Shown here in pieces: positions 31,187-41,271 of a DNA stretch of 64,000 nt. The translations under genes were made by a program, and so were the position numbers. Within the stretch, counting starts at the first letter, position 1, and every line of letters starts with the position of its first letter. Source of the stretch: Anaeromyxobacteraceae bacterium (GTDB lineage: Bacteria; Myxococcota; Myxococcia; Myxococcales; Anaeromyxobacteraceae); assembly GCA_047602405.1 (NCBI GenBank), contig JASGHJ010000002.1:2560001-2624000 (forward strand). The letters run 5' to 3'. The notes under the pieces are model-generated. The model was not told the origin of the DNA, made no database searches, and was given only the letters and a program-made list of their open reading frames with translations.

Positions 31187-33625
31187 TTAGCGCCGCCGCT
31201 TCTTCCCCCTGCCCTGCTCGCGGTGGCCTTCGCCGCGGCGCTGCGACTTGCCGCCGCCAGGCTGCTTTCCCGAAGGCGCGGGGCCTCGCCCCGCCTTCCC
31301 GCCGCGCGGGGCCTGCTTGCCGCCCTTGCGCCGCTCGGCGAGCGCGTCCGCGAGCCGCCGCGGCGGGCCGCCCGGCGCGGTCTCGCCGCGCCGTCCGCGC
31401 GGCGCCTCGGGCCACGCCCCGGCCTCCTGGCGAGCCCGGACCTCGCCCGCCGCGTTGACCGGGGCGAGCTCGATACGCCGCCTGAGGAGCGACACCGAGA
31501 GGATCTCCACGTGCAGGGCGTCGCCGACCCGGTAGGCGCGGCCGCTCGCGGCGTCCACGAGCGCGTGCTGCACCGGGTCGAGCCGCACCTCCGCGCCGAG
31601 CTCCTCGGCGCGCACCATGCCCTCCACGAAGAACGGGCGCAGCTCGACGAACACCCCCGGCTCGGCCACGGCGGCGATGAGGCCGTCGAACCGCTCGCCG
31701 ACCTTGTCCTTCATGAAGAGCGCCGCGTAGAACGCCGCGATCTCGCGCTCGCCCTCCATGGCGGCGCGCTCGCGGTCCGAGGAGAGCGCCGCGAGCTCGG
31801 CGAGCGCCGGCTCGGGCGTCCGCTTCACGTTGCGGCCCTGCCGGATGGCCCACTCCTCCTTCAGCAGCCGGTGCACGAGGAGGTCCGGGTAGCGGCGGAT
31901 CGGCGAGGTGAAGTGCAGGTAGTGCTCGGCGGCGAGGCCGTAGTGGCCGATGTTCTCGGTCGCGTACACCGCCTGCATCATCGCGCGCAGGAGGAGCTGG
32001 TTGAGCGCGCGCTGCTGTCCGTGGCCCTTGAGCCGCTCGAGGAGCGCGTTCAGCGCGGTGGGCGCGACCGGCGGCTCGGGCACCTCGAAGCCGTGCAGCG
32101 CCGCGAGCGCCAGGAACGAGGCGAGCTTCTCGTCGTCCGGCACGCCGTGCACCCGGTAGACGGTGGGGAGCTCGCGCGCCCCGAACCAGCGGGCGACGGC
32201 CTCGTTCGCCGCGAGCATGAACTCTTCCACGATCCGGTGCGCGCGGTTCCGCGGCCGCCGCTCGATGCCGACCACCCGGCCGTCCGGATCGAGCACGATC
32301 TTGGACTCGGGGAGGTCGAAGTCGATGGCCCCGCGGCGGCCCCGCATCGCGGTGAGCCGCTCCTGCAGCTCCGCCATGATCTCGAACCGCTCGCGGAAGG
32401 CCTCGCGGTGCGGCACGTGCTCGCCGTCGAGCACGCGGGCCACCTCGGTGTACGTGCAGCGGGCGTGGCTGCGCATCACCGCCTGGTAGACCTCGGCCGA
32501 CTGGGTCTCGCCCCGGCCGTCGATCACCATGTCGGCGACCATGCAGAGCCGCTCGACGTCCGGGTTGAGCGAGCAGATGCCGTTCGAGAGCCGCTCCGGC
32601 AGCATCGGCAGGACCTGCATCGGGAAGTAGACGCTCGTGCCGCGGCGGGCGGCCTCGACGTCGAGCGGCTCCCCCGCCTTCACGTAGTGCGCGACGTCGG
32701 CGATGGCGACCACGAGCCGCCAGCGCGGCGCGCCCTTCTTGGAGGGGACGCGCTCGACGTGCACGGCGTCGTCGAAGTCCCGTGCGTCCTCGCCGTCGAT
32801 GGTGACGAGCGGGAGCGAGGTGAGGTCCTTGCGATCCCGGCGGTCCTCGGCGCGGACGTGGTCGGGGACCGCCTCGGCGGCCTGCACGACCGGCTCCGGG
32901 AAGAGGTCCGCGAAGCCCTTCGCGTAGGCGACCTTCAGCACCTCCACGCGCGGCTCGCCGGGCCGCCCGATGGTCTCGAGCACCTCGCCGCGCAGGCCGG
33001 CGGCGTCGGGGTCGAGCGCGACCTTCACGACCTCCCCGTCGCGGGCCGCGGCGGTCTCGGGCACCGGCACGGCGCCCTCGAGCTGCGGGTCGGACGGCAC
33101 GACGAAGCTCGACTTGCCGCGCGCGTGGTAGGTGCCGAGGAGGAGCCGGCGGCGGCGCTCGACCACCTCGAGCACGCGGCCCATGGTGCGCCCGCCGCGG
33201 GCGGGGACGATCTCGAGGCGCACGAGGTCGCCGTCGAGGGCCTTCGCCGCCTCGTCGGGCGGCACGAACACGTCGTCACCCTGGCGGTCGAGGCGCGCCG
33301 CGAAGCCGAAGCCGTCGCGGTGCTTCTTGAGCGTCGCGAGGAGGCCGCCCCGCCCGCCCTTCCCGCCCGCCCGGCCGGCGCGCGGCGTGGCGAGCTTGCC
33401 CGCCGGCGCGGGCGCCGGCTTCGCGCCCGGCACCGACCAGCGCTTGCCGTCGCGCACGAGCGCGCCGTCGCGCACGAGGTCGCGCAGCACGCGCTTCACC
33501 TCGGTGCGCTCGCCCGGGTGCAGCTTCGCGCGCTGCATGAGCTCGCCGATGCCGAGCGGCTTCCCGCCGGACTCACGCACCACCTCGAGGAGCCGCGTGC
33601 GCCGCGCATCCGTCCTGTCAGTCAC
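31187..33625 (-). CDS. rnr: Ribonuclease R
   Basis: CSD (GFGF), RNB domain TIDGEDARDFDDA, HFTSPIRRYPD, S1 domain and basic tail. Confidence 0.95.
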   Translation of the reverse strand: MTDRTDARRTRLLEVVRESGGKPLGIGELMQRAKLHPGERTEVKRVLRDLVRDGALVRDGKRWSVPGAKPAPAPAGKLATPRAGRAGGKGGRGGLLATLKKHRDGFGFAARLDRQGDDVFVPPDEAAKALDGDLVRLEIVPARGGRTMGRVLEVVERRRRLLLGTYHARGKSSFVVPSDPQLEGAVPVPETAAARDGEVVKVALDPDAAGLRGEVLETIGRPGEPRVEVLKVAYAKGFADLFPEPVVQAAEAVPDHVRAEDRRDRKDLTSLPLVTIDGEDARDFDDAVHVERVPSKKGAPRWRLVVAIADVAHYVKAGEPLDVEAARRGTSVYFPMQVLPMLPERLSNGICSLNPDVERLCMVADMVIDGRGETQSAEVYQAVMRSHARCTYTEVARVLDGEHVPHREAFRERFEIMAELQERLTAMRGRRGAIDFDLPESKIVLDPDGRVVGIERRPRNRAHRIVEEFMLAANEAVARWFGARELPTVYRVHGVPDDEKLASFLALAALHGFEVPEPPVAPTALNALLERLKGHGQQRALNQLLLRAMMQAVYATENIGHYGLAAEHYLHFTSPIRRYPDLLVHRLLKEEWAIRQGRNVKRTPEPALAELAALSSDRERAAMEGEREIAAFYAALFMKDKVGERFDGLIAAVAEPGVFVELRPFFVEGMVRAEELGAEVRLDPVQHALVDAASGRAYRVGDALHVEILSVSLLRRRIELAPVNAAGEVRARQEAGAWPEAPRGRRGETAPGGPPRRLADALAERRKGGKQAPRGGKAGRGPAPSGKQPGGGKSQRRGEGHREQGRGKKRRR

Positions 33626-34457
33626 CGAGCACCTGGGACCAGCCGCCGCCCTGCCCCTGGGAGGGGAAGAGCGGGAAGAGCGCGCCCGCGAGGGAGCGCA
33701 GGTTGCGGGTCTGGAGCCACACGTCTCCGGGCCCGGTGAACTCGACGACCAGCGCCTCGCCCGAGAGCAGCGAGCGCATCCACCCGCGCCGGGAGGCCTT
33801 CCTGACCTGGTACGGGATCCGCGCGTCGAACGCGACCACGTGACCGGTGTCGACGAGGTAGCGGCTCCCGGCGGGCAGCGGCCGGCGCACGATCGCGCCG
33901 AAGGAGGAGAGGAGCGCGAGCCCGGCGCCGGACAGCCGGATGAAGAAGAGCCCCTCGCCGGCGAACAGCCCCCGGAACCCGGCGAACTCGCTGTCCACCG
34001 AGACGGTGGGCTCGGAGGCGAGCCAGGACGACGACTGCACGAGCAGGGCGCGCCCTGCGAGGTCGACGCCGATGACGTCGCCGGGGACCGGCGGCGCGAG
34101 GATGACCTCGCCGGGCGCGCCGACCGCCGTGAACGTGGAGACGAACAGCGACTCCCGGGTGACCATCCGCTTCAGGGCGCCCATCACGCCGCCCGAGAGC
34201 TGCGACTGGAGGTCGATGGAGCCGCTCATCGAGACCATGGCCCCGGCCTCGGCCTTCACGGCCTGGCCGGGGGCGAGCTCGACGCGGGCCGCCGCGAACG
34301 CGTTCCCGCCGACGAGCTGGTAGCGCAGGCCCGCGCCGGCGGGCGTCGTGGCGAGGACCGGAGCCCCGGCGGGCTCGGCCATCACGGGGAGCGCGGCGCC
34401 GCACGCAGAGCAGGTGGGCCCGGGGTAGACCTCGGAGGCGCAGGTGGGGCACTTCAT
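33618..34457 (-). CDS. TIGR00266/AIM24 family protein with N-terminal zinc ribbon
   Basis: MKCPTC...CSACG, AEAGAMV, GEGLF, VDTGHVVAF and GPGDVWLQTR motifs. Confidence 0.85.
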   Translation of the reverse strand: MKCPTCASEVYPGPTCSACGAALPVMAEPAGAPVLATTPAGAGLRYQLVGGNAFAAARVELAPGQAVKAEAGAMVSMSGSIDLQSQLSGGVMGALKRMVTRESLFVSTFTAVGAPGEVILAPPVPGDVIGVDLAGRALLVQSSSWLASEPTVSVDSEFAGFRGLFAGEGLFFIRLSGAGLALLSSFGAIVRRPLPAGSRYLVDTGHVVAFDARIPYQVRKASRRGWMRSLLSGEALVVEFTGPGDVWLQTRNLRSLAGALFPLFPSQGQGGGWSQVLGD

Positions 34458-34532
34458 CGCGGGCGAGTGTACACGCGCCGCGACCCTTGGCGTCGTGGAC
34501 TTCGCACCCCTGAGCGGGCTATCCAGGCGTTC

Positions 34533-35747
34533 GTGCTCACGCCCGAGCGCGCCCTGGCGCGCATCCTCGACGCCGTGTCCGACGTGGCTCCCCTCCCGGC
34601 CGAGCGCGTGCCGCTCTCCGCCGCGCTCGACCGCGTGGTCGCCGAGGACGTCCGCTCCCCGGTCGATCTGCCGGGCTTCGACGCGTCCACCATGGACGGC
34701 TACGCGCTCCGCGCCGCCGACGCGGGCTCGGCCGGAGTGCGGCTCCCCGTCGCCTTCGAGGTGTTCGCCGGCGACCCCACGGGCCGCCCGCTCCCGCCGG
34801 GCGCCTGCGCGCGCATCTTCACCGGGGCGCCGCTGCCCGCGGGCGCGGACGCGGTGGAGATGCAGGAGCGGGTGCGCCGGGCCGGAGGGGCCGCGCGCTT
34901 CGACCGGCCCGCCGAGGCCGGGCGGTTCGTGAAGGCGATGGGCTCCGACCTCACCGCGGGCGCCGTGGCCATCCCGGCCGGCACGCCGGTCGACGTGGGC
35001 ACGGTGGGCCTCGCGGCGGGCTCCGGGGTGTCGGAGCTCCCGGTGCACCGCAGGCCGCGCGTCGCGGTGCTCCCGACCGGCGACGAGCTCGGCGCGCCGG
35101 GTGCCCCCCTTCGCCCGGGGCAGATCTACGAGTCGAACGGCCCCGCCATCGCGGCGGCGGTCCGCGAGGCCGGCGGCGAGCCCGTGCTGCTCCCGGTGGC
35201 GCGCGACGACGCGGGCTCCCTGGCGCGCGCGCTCGAGGCCGCGCGGGGCTGCGACGCGCTGGTCACGAGTGGTGGCGTGTCGGTTGGTGACCGAGATTTC
35301 GTCAGAACCGCTCTGGAATCGGCGGGAGCGTCCCTCGACTTCTGGAAGATCGCCATCCGTCCAGGCAAGCCGTTCACGTTCGGCCGCTGGGGCCGCGCCT
35401 TCACCTTCGGGCTGCCCGGCAATCCGGCCTCGACGCTGGTCACGTTCGAACTGTTCGTGCGCCCTGCACTGAGAGCGCTGGCCGGTCTCGCGGGTCATGG
35501 ACGTTTCGAGGTGGAGGCGCGCCTGAGTTCCCCTCAGGAGAAACCCGAGGAGCTCGAAGTGTACGTACGCGTACGCCTCAAGCGAACGCTGACCGGGTAC
35601 GTCGCGGAGCCGCTGCGTACGCAGGTCTCGGGGCACCTGACCTCGACGGCAGGGCACGACGGGCTCGCGATCCTCCCGCGGGGCAAGGCGCGCCTCGCGC
35701 GAGGCGCGAAGGTCCGCATCCGGGTGCTGCGCCCGCCCTCTCCCTGA
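34533..35747 (+). CDS. moeA: Molybdopterin molybdenumtransferase
   Basis: STMDGYA, IFTGAPLP, TGDEL, SGGVSVGD, RPGKP and GLPGNP motifs. Confidence 0.93.
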   Translation: MLTPERALARILDAVSDVAPLPAERVPLSAALDRVVAEDVRSPVDLPGFDASTMDGYALRAADAGSAGVRLPVAFEVFAGDPTGRPLPPGACARIFTGAPLPAGADAVEMQERVRRAGGAARFDRPAEAGRFVKAMGSDLTAGAVAIPAGTPVDVGTVGLAAGSGVSELPVHRRPRVAVLPTGDELGAPGAPLRPGQIYESNGPAIAAAVREAGGEPVLLPVARDDAGSLARALEAARGCDALVTSGGVSVGDRDFVRTALESAGASLDFWKIAIRPGKPFTFGRWGRAFTFGLPGNPASTLVTFELFVRPALRALAGLAGHGRFEVEARLSSPQEKPEELEVYVRVRLKRTLTGYVAEPLRTQVSGHLTSTAGHDGLAILPRGKARLARGAKVRIRVLRPPSP

Positions 35748-35946
35748 GCGCGTCGGTGCGCCACGCCCCACCGCGCCTGGGTTCACTTCACCCCACGCAA
35801 AGTACGACCAGGTTTGCTATTCGTACAGTCACGCACGACTTCACGGGTAGAGCGAACACAGGACAAGCGAGCAGACGCTCCAGGTGTTAATTCACTTCCG
35901 GGAACGCAGCGGGCCACCCAACCACCAACCTGACACGGAGTGAATC

Positions 35947-36153
35947 ATGGCCGGTCTTGCCGACAAGTTCGCAGTCAACCTCAAGAGCGAGCGGCTCCGC
36001 CGCAAGCTTTCGCAGGAGACCCTCGCCGCGAAGGCCGGGCTCTCCGTCTCGTACATCTCGATGCTCGAGCGCGGGCAGCGCACGCCGCCGCTCGACACGC
36101 TCGAGTCGCTGGCGAAGGCGCTCAGCGTCTCGCCGGTCTCCCTCCTCGGCTAG
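35947..36153 (+). CDS. XRE-family HTH transcriptional regulator
   Basis: LSQETLAAKAGLSVSYISMLERGQRTP; GGAG RBS. Confidence 0.9.
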   Translation: MAGLADKFAVNLKSERLRRKLSQETLAAKAGLSVSYISMLERGQRTPPLDTLESLAKALSVSPVSLLG

Positions 36154-36276
36154 CGCTCCGCGCGGCGGGCCGGCCTCCGGCGACGAGGTCCGGCCCGCAC
36201 GGCCTCGACGCCGTCCACGATCCGGGGTCCTCGGGTGCCGTGCATCCGGGCCCCGGATCGCTTATGTTCCCCGCCC

Positions 36277-36555
36277 ATGGCGCGCATGGTCCAGTGCAAG
36301 AAGCTCGGCAAGGAACTGCCGGGTCTCGGCTTCAAGCCCTTCCCGAACGAGCTCGGCCAGAAGATCTACGACTCGGTCTCCGCGGAGGCGTGGAAGCTCT
36401 GGCTCGAGCACTTCAAGATGATCCTGAACGAGTATCGCCTCGCCCCGGGTGACCCGCGGACGCAGGAGATCCTCTACCAGCAGGCCGAGCAGTTCTTCTT
36501 CGGCGAGGGCGCCCAGCTCCCGCCCGACTACAAGCCGCCCAGGGCGAAGGGCTAG
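36277..36555 (+). CDS. yggX: Fe(II)-trafficking / oxidative damage protection protein
   Basis: [10 protein letters not shown]...GL...PFP.ELGQKIY..VS.EAW..W...MILNEYRL. Confidence 0.9.
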   Translation: MARMVQCKKLGKELPGLGFKPFPNELGQKIYDSVSAEAWKLWLEHFKMILNEYRLAPGDPRTQEILYQQAEQFFFGEGAQLPPDYKPPRAKG

Positions 36556-36607
36556 CGCCGCCCCGGCCGTCCGCCGAGGCAGCACGCCAGCGACCCGGAG
36601 CACCCGC

Positions 36608-38011
36608 GTGCGCGGCCCCGGCGAGATCCTCCTCCTCTCCACCTACGAGCTCGGGCACGCCCCGCACGGCATCGCCGTGCCGATGGCGTTCCTCGAGCGC
36701 GCCGGCTTCCGCCCCGCCGCGCTCGACCTCGCCGTGGAGCAGCTCGATCCCGCGCGCGCGGGGCGGGCGCGCCTCGCGCTCGTCTCCATCCCCATGCACA
36801 CGGCGACGCGCCTGGGCCTCGAGGCCGCCGCCCGCCTGCGCGCGCTCGCGCCCGGGATCGCCATCGCGTTTCACGGGCTCTACGCCGCGCTGAACGCCGA
36901 CCTCCTCCTGCGCGCGGGGGCGGTGGCGGTGGTCGGCCCCGACCAGGAGGACGCGCTCGTTGCGCTCGCGGAGGCGCTCGAGCGCGGCGCGCCGCCGCCG
37001 GCCACCCGGCCCGCACCCGGCACGCGCCCGCGCCGCCTCGAGCTCCCCGTCCCGAGCCGCTGGGGGCTGCCCCCGCCGGACCGCTACGCCCGCCTCCTCG
37101 CCGCCGACGGCGACCGGCTCGCGGGCTACACCGAGGCGACGCGCGGCTGCAAGCACCGCTGCCGCCACTGCCCCCTGCCCCCGTTCCACGACGGCCGCTT
37201 CACCGCCGTCCCCGCCGACGTCGTGGTCGCCGACGTGGCGCAGCAGGTCGCCGCCGGCGTCCGCCACGTCACCTTCGGTGATCCCGACTTCCTGAACGGC
37301 CCGGGGCACGCCCTGCGGATCGCGCGGGCGCTCCACGCACGCTGGCCGGGCCTGACCTTCGACTTCACCGCGAAGGTCGAGCACCTCGTCGCCCGCCCCG
37401 AGGACGTCGGGGAGCTCGCCCGGCTCGGCGCGCTGTTCGTGACCTCGGCGGTCGAGTCCTTCTCCGGCGAGGTCCTCGCCCGCCTCGCGAAGGGCCACGA
37501 CCGCGAGGGCGCCCTGCGCGCGTTCCGGGTGTGCGAGGACGCCGGGCTCGCGCTCAGGCCGACGTTCGTGCCGTTCACGCCCTGGGAGACGCTCGCGTCG
37601 TACCTCGACCTCCTCGAGACGCTCGAGCGGCACGGCTGGCTCTCGCACGTCGACCCGGTGCAGCTCTCCCTGCGCCTGCTCGTGCCGCCGGGCTCGCTCC
37701 TCGAGGGTGACCCCTCCATCCCCTTCGACGCCCTCGACGACGACGCGCTGGGCTGGCGCTGGCACCACCCGGACCCGCGCATGGACGCCCTGCAGGCGCG
37801 GGTCGCCGCCGAGGTGCACGCCGGCGAGGCGGCCCACGCGCCGCCGCGGGAGATCCTGGAGCGGGTGCACGCCCTCGCCGCCGCCGCGGCGGGCGCGCCG
37901 CACCAGCACCGCCGCATGCTCTCGCCCGAGGCGCGGCGGGTGCCGCGGCTCAGCGAGAGCTGGTTCTGTTGAGCGGAGCCCCTGCGCCCGGCGGGCGCGG
38001 ACGAGCGGTAG
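36608..38011 (+). CDS. CUAEP-tail radical SAM protein, probable selenoprotein (UGA at 37970-37972)
   Basis: B12-binding-like N-terminus, CKHRCRHC motif, TFGDPDF. The tail reads SESWFC-TGA-AEPLRPAGADER-TAG, with a hairpin just downstream of the UGA. Confidence 0.85.
37973..38002 (+). promoter_or_regulatory. Putative bacterial SECIS element
   Basis: CTGCGCCC-GGC-GGGCGCGG stem-loop. The apical loop starts with G about 18 nt after the UGA. Confidence 0.6.
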
Positions 38012-38042
38012 AGGGCCGTCGGAAAGGCGATAGAGTGCGCCC

Positions 38043-38960
38043 ATGGCGCCCTTCGCCGCCCGCCCCGCCCCGGCCGCCGTGCTGCCGCGCATCGCCCCGC
38101 CGCCGCGCGCCCCGCCGCCGCGCGCCGTGCCCTGGTCGCTCCGCGCCCGCCTGTGGTTCGGCGGGTTCGGGAGCTTCGGCTGGCTCTGGCTCGCGTTCTC
38201 GATCGCGTTCACCGCCCCCTTCCTCCGCGCCACTGACGTCTCGCGCTTCACCACCTTCAGGGGCGAGCTGGTCCGGGAGCAGGGGCTCACCTCGAGCTGC
38301 ACCGGGACCGGCTACTCGGTCGGCGGCAGCGAGGGCCAGAACGGCACCCCGGTGCACGCGAACCACTACCGGTTCGAGTCGAACGGCGCCGAGTACCACG
38401 GGGTCTCCTACGCCACCGGCCGCTGCCTCCTCGCCGGGACCGACGTCACCGTCGAGTTCCCCGCCGGGCACCCGGAGCGGTCGCGCATCGCCGGCATGCG
38501 GACGCGCCCGCTCGACGCGACCGGACTCCTCGTGCTGATCTTCCCGGCCTTCGGGATCCTCTCCGTGGTGGTCGCGTTCTTCGTCGGCCAGCGCCGCACC
38601 GGCCTCCTCTCGCGCGGGCGGCTCGCGCTCGGGACGCTCCTCGGGAAGGAGCCCACCCGCACGAAGATCAACGGGCGCACGGTGATGAAGCTCCGGTTCG
38701 CGCTCGAGACCGACCGCGGCACGCGCCACGAGATCGTGGTGAAGACCACCGAGCCCGAGGTGCTCGAGGACGACCCGAAGGAGCGGATCTTCTACGACCC
38801 GGACCGCCCCTCCCGCGCCGTCGCGTGGGACTCACTCCCGGGCAGCCCCGCGCTCGACGCCGCGGGCGAGCTCATGCCCGCCCCGGCCTGGCCGGCGCTC
38901 CGGGTGCTCATCGGACCCGCGCTCACGGGCGCCGCGCTCCTCGGGGCCCTCCTGTGGTGA
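38043..38960 (+). CDS. Membrane protein, DUF3592-like (paralog 1)
   Basis: TM, ANHYRFE, VTVEFPAGHPERSRIAG, TM, LEDDPKE..FYDP. Confidence 0.7.
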   Translation: MAPFAARPAPAAVLPRIAPPPRAPPPRAVPWSLRARLWFGGFGSFGWLWLAFSIAFTAPFLRATDVSRFTTFRGELVREQGLTSSCTGTGYSVGGSEGQNGTPVHANHYRFESNGAEYHGVSYATGRCLLAGTDVTVEFPAGHPERSRIAGMRTRPLDATGLLVLIFPAFGILSVVVAFFVGQRRTGLLSRGRLALGTLLGKEPTRTKINGRTVMKLRFALETDRGTRHEIVVKTTEPEVLEDDPKERIFYDPDRPSRAVAWDSLPGSPALDAAGELMPAPAWPALRVLIGPALTGAALLGALLW

Positions 38961-39850
38961 CCGGCTCCGACGGCTTCCTCCCGCGCCTCGCGCCGCCCCC
39001 GCGCCGCGTGCCGCTCTCCTGGCGCCTGCGGCTCCTCTTCGGCGGCCCCGCGCTCTTCGCCTGGCTCTGGCTCGCGTTCGCGGGCGGGCTGGGCACCGTC
39101 TTCCTCGCGCAGGCCGATCTCGTCTCGTGGGTCCACTTCCTCGGGAAGGTCGAGCGCACGGAGGGGACGTCCGACGGCTGCGAGGCCACGCAGGCGTCCT
39201 CCAACAAGCAGCGCATCTACGCGAACCACTACCGCTTCGAGGTGCCGGATCTCCGCGTGGAGGCGGGCGGCGCCGGCCCCGCGGAGCTCACCGGCACCTC
39301 CTACGGCCGCTGCGCCGAGGCCGGCTCGGCGGTGACCGTGGAGTGGCCCGCCGGCCACCCCGAGCGCTCGCGGATCGCCGGCCAGGACCGGGCCACCTTC
39401 GGCCCGGAGGTGGCGTTCGTCGCGATCTTCCCGCTGGTGGGCCTCCTGTTCGTGGCCGCCACCCTCGTCGCCGGCCTGCGCCAGCTCGCGCTGCTCGAGC
39501 ACGGCAAGCTCACGCTCGGGACGCTCCTCTCGAAGGAGCTCGCCGCGCGCGGCGGCAAGGGGCCGCCGGTCTGGGCCTGCCGCTTCGCGCTCGAGACCGA
39601 GCGCGGCAAGGCGGAGATCACCGTGCGGACGACGAGGCCGCAGCGGCTCGAGGACGACCCGCGCGAGAAGTTCTTCTACGACCCCCGCCGCGCCGATCGT
39701 GCGGTCGCGTGGGACGACCTCGACCCGAAGCCCCGCGTGGACGGGCTCGGCGCGTTCGAGCCGCTCGGGCCGGGCGCGACGCTCCTCGCGCTCCTCGGCC
39801 CGCTCCTCGCGGGCGCGGCGATCGTGGCGGTCGTGAAGCTCCTCGGCTAG
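38957..39850 (+). CDS. Membrane protein, DUF3592-like (paralog 2)
   Basis: GTGA overlap. Shares ANHYRFE, PAGHPERSRIAG, FALET and LEDDP.E..FYDP with the upstream gene. Confidence 0.7.
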   Translation: MTGSDGFLPRLAPPPRRVPLSWRLRLLFGGPALFAWLWLAFAGGLGTVFLAQADLVSWVHFLGKVERTEGTSDGCEATQASSNKQRIYANHYRFEVPDLRVEAGGAGPAELTGTSYGRCAEAGSAVTVEWPAGHPERSRIAGQDRATFGPEVAFVAIFPLVGLLFVAATLVAGLRQLALLEHGKLTLGTLLSKELAARGGKGPPVWACRFALETERGKAEITVRTTRPQRLEDDPREKFFYDPRRADRAVAWDDLDPKPRVDGLGAFEPLGPGATLLALLGPLLAGAAIVAVVKLLG

Positions 39851-41125
39851 CGCCCGGACGCGACCGGCAGCGGCGCGCGGAGGTCGAACGCGAGGCGCGC
39901 GTGCGCGGCCCGCAGCGCGGCCTCGACGTCGGCGGGCGTCTCGCCCTTCGCGAACAGGAAGCCGAGGTAGCTGTCGCCCTCGGGCAAGGGCACGATCTCG
40001 CGCCCCTCGGGGGCGGTGATCACGACGTCCACCACGCCCGGCACCGCCCGCGCGGCCTCGAGGCCCGCGACGCCGTGGAGCACGCCGCGCCGCGGGATGG
40101 GCAGCATCATCACGCCCGAGGCCCGCGCCTCGCGCCGCACGTCGGCGAGCGGGATCCCCATGGCGTGCGCGACGAGCACCTCCTCGAGCGTGAGGCCCGC
40201 CCCGAACTTCAGCGTGCGCGAGCAGAGCCCGCCGATCGAGCGGGCGGCGATCTCGAGGATCACCGGCCCCGCCGGCGAGAGCCGGAGCTCCGCGTGGACC
40301 GGCCCCTCGCCGAGCCCGAGCGCGCGGCAGCCCTCGCCGACGAGCCGCGCGACCTCGGCCTGCAGCGCCGCCGGGTGGCGCGACGGCGTGACGTACAGGG
40401 TCTCCTCGAAGTAGGGGCCATCGAGCGGGTCGGGCTTGTCGAAGAACGCGAGCACCTCCAGCGCGCCCGCGACGAGGAGCCCCTCCAGCGCGACCTCCGC
40501 CCCGGGGACGAACCCCTCCACGAGGAGCCGGGCGCCCTCCCCTTCCTCCCGGGCGCGGCGCTCGAGCTTCGTGTCGTGGAGCAGCTTCTGGATCCGGCGC
40601 CACGCGGCGACGAACGCCGCCGGGTCGTCGGCCCGGATGACGCCCCGGCTCGCCGAGAAGATGAGCGGCTTCAGCACGACCGGGAACCGGACGCCGCGGG
40701 CGACGGCCTGCGGATCCTCATGCACGGCGTGGTCCTCGAAGGGCGGCACCGGCAGCCCGGCGTCGCGCAGGGCGCGGCGCTGGGCGAGCTTGTTGCCGGC
40801 CTTGCGGGCCGCGGCCGCGGCGCTGCCCGGGAGGCCCAGGCGCTCGGCGGCGAGCGCACCGATGACCGCGGTCGCGTCGGAGGTCGGGACGATGCCCGCG
40901 ATCGGCCGGCGCGCGGCGGCCTCGGCGATCTGCTCCGCGGCGTGCTCGGGCTTGCGGTAGTCGAGCGAGAGCAGGTCGGGGAGCTCGCCGAACGTGTCCT
41001 CGATTCTGGTGGCAGAGGTCGCTGCCGAGGAGGAGCGGGACCTTCAGCCGGCGGGCCGCGGCCTGGAAGTCGTCGAGCCGGTAGCTCGTGGTCGGGACGA
41101 GGAGGAGGAGCGAGCCGTCGCGCAT
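39847..41125 (-). CDS. ATP-grasp domain protein (apparent +1 frameshift at 41004-41005)
   Basis: The N-terminus VPTTSYR..DF joins ...NKLAQR..L, FPVVLKP...SASRGV, LVEGFVPG.E and HAELR..EIAAR when one base is removed (426 codons). Confidence 0.85.
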
Positions 41126-41271
41126 CGGGGCCTTTCATGCCGCGAAGCGGCGCCGGGCGCAACCCGGGCGGTGCCTCTCGGGGCCAGCCGCCCCCCTCGC
41201 CGACGCCCCTGCGCCGCCCGGCCATCGACGGGGTCTTTCCCGGCGGGCTGCGCCCGCGGTACGCCGTGCGC

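Noticed and set aside
35748..35946. Possible oriC, dif or parS site in the AT-richer gap
   Set aside because: No DnaA boxes, dif-like or parS-like sequence found by eye.
37969..38538. 189-aa ORF starting at the radical SAM UGA region
   Set aside because: Low-complexity shadow frame overlapping the SECIS region and the real gene at 38043.
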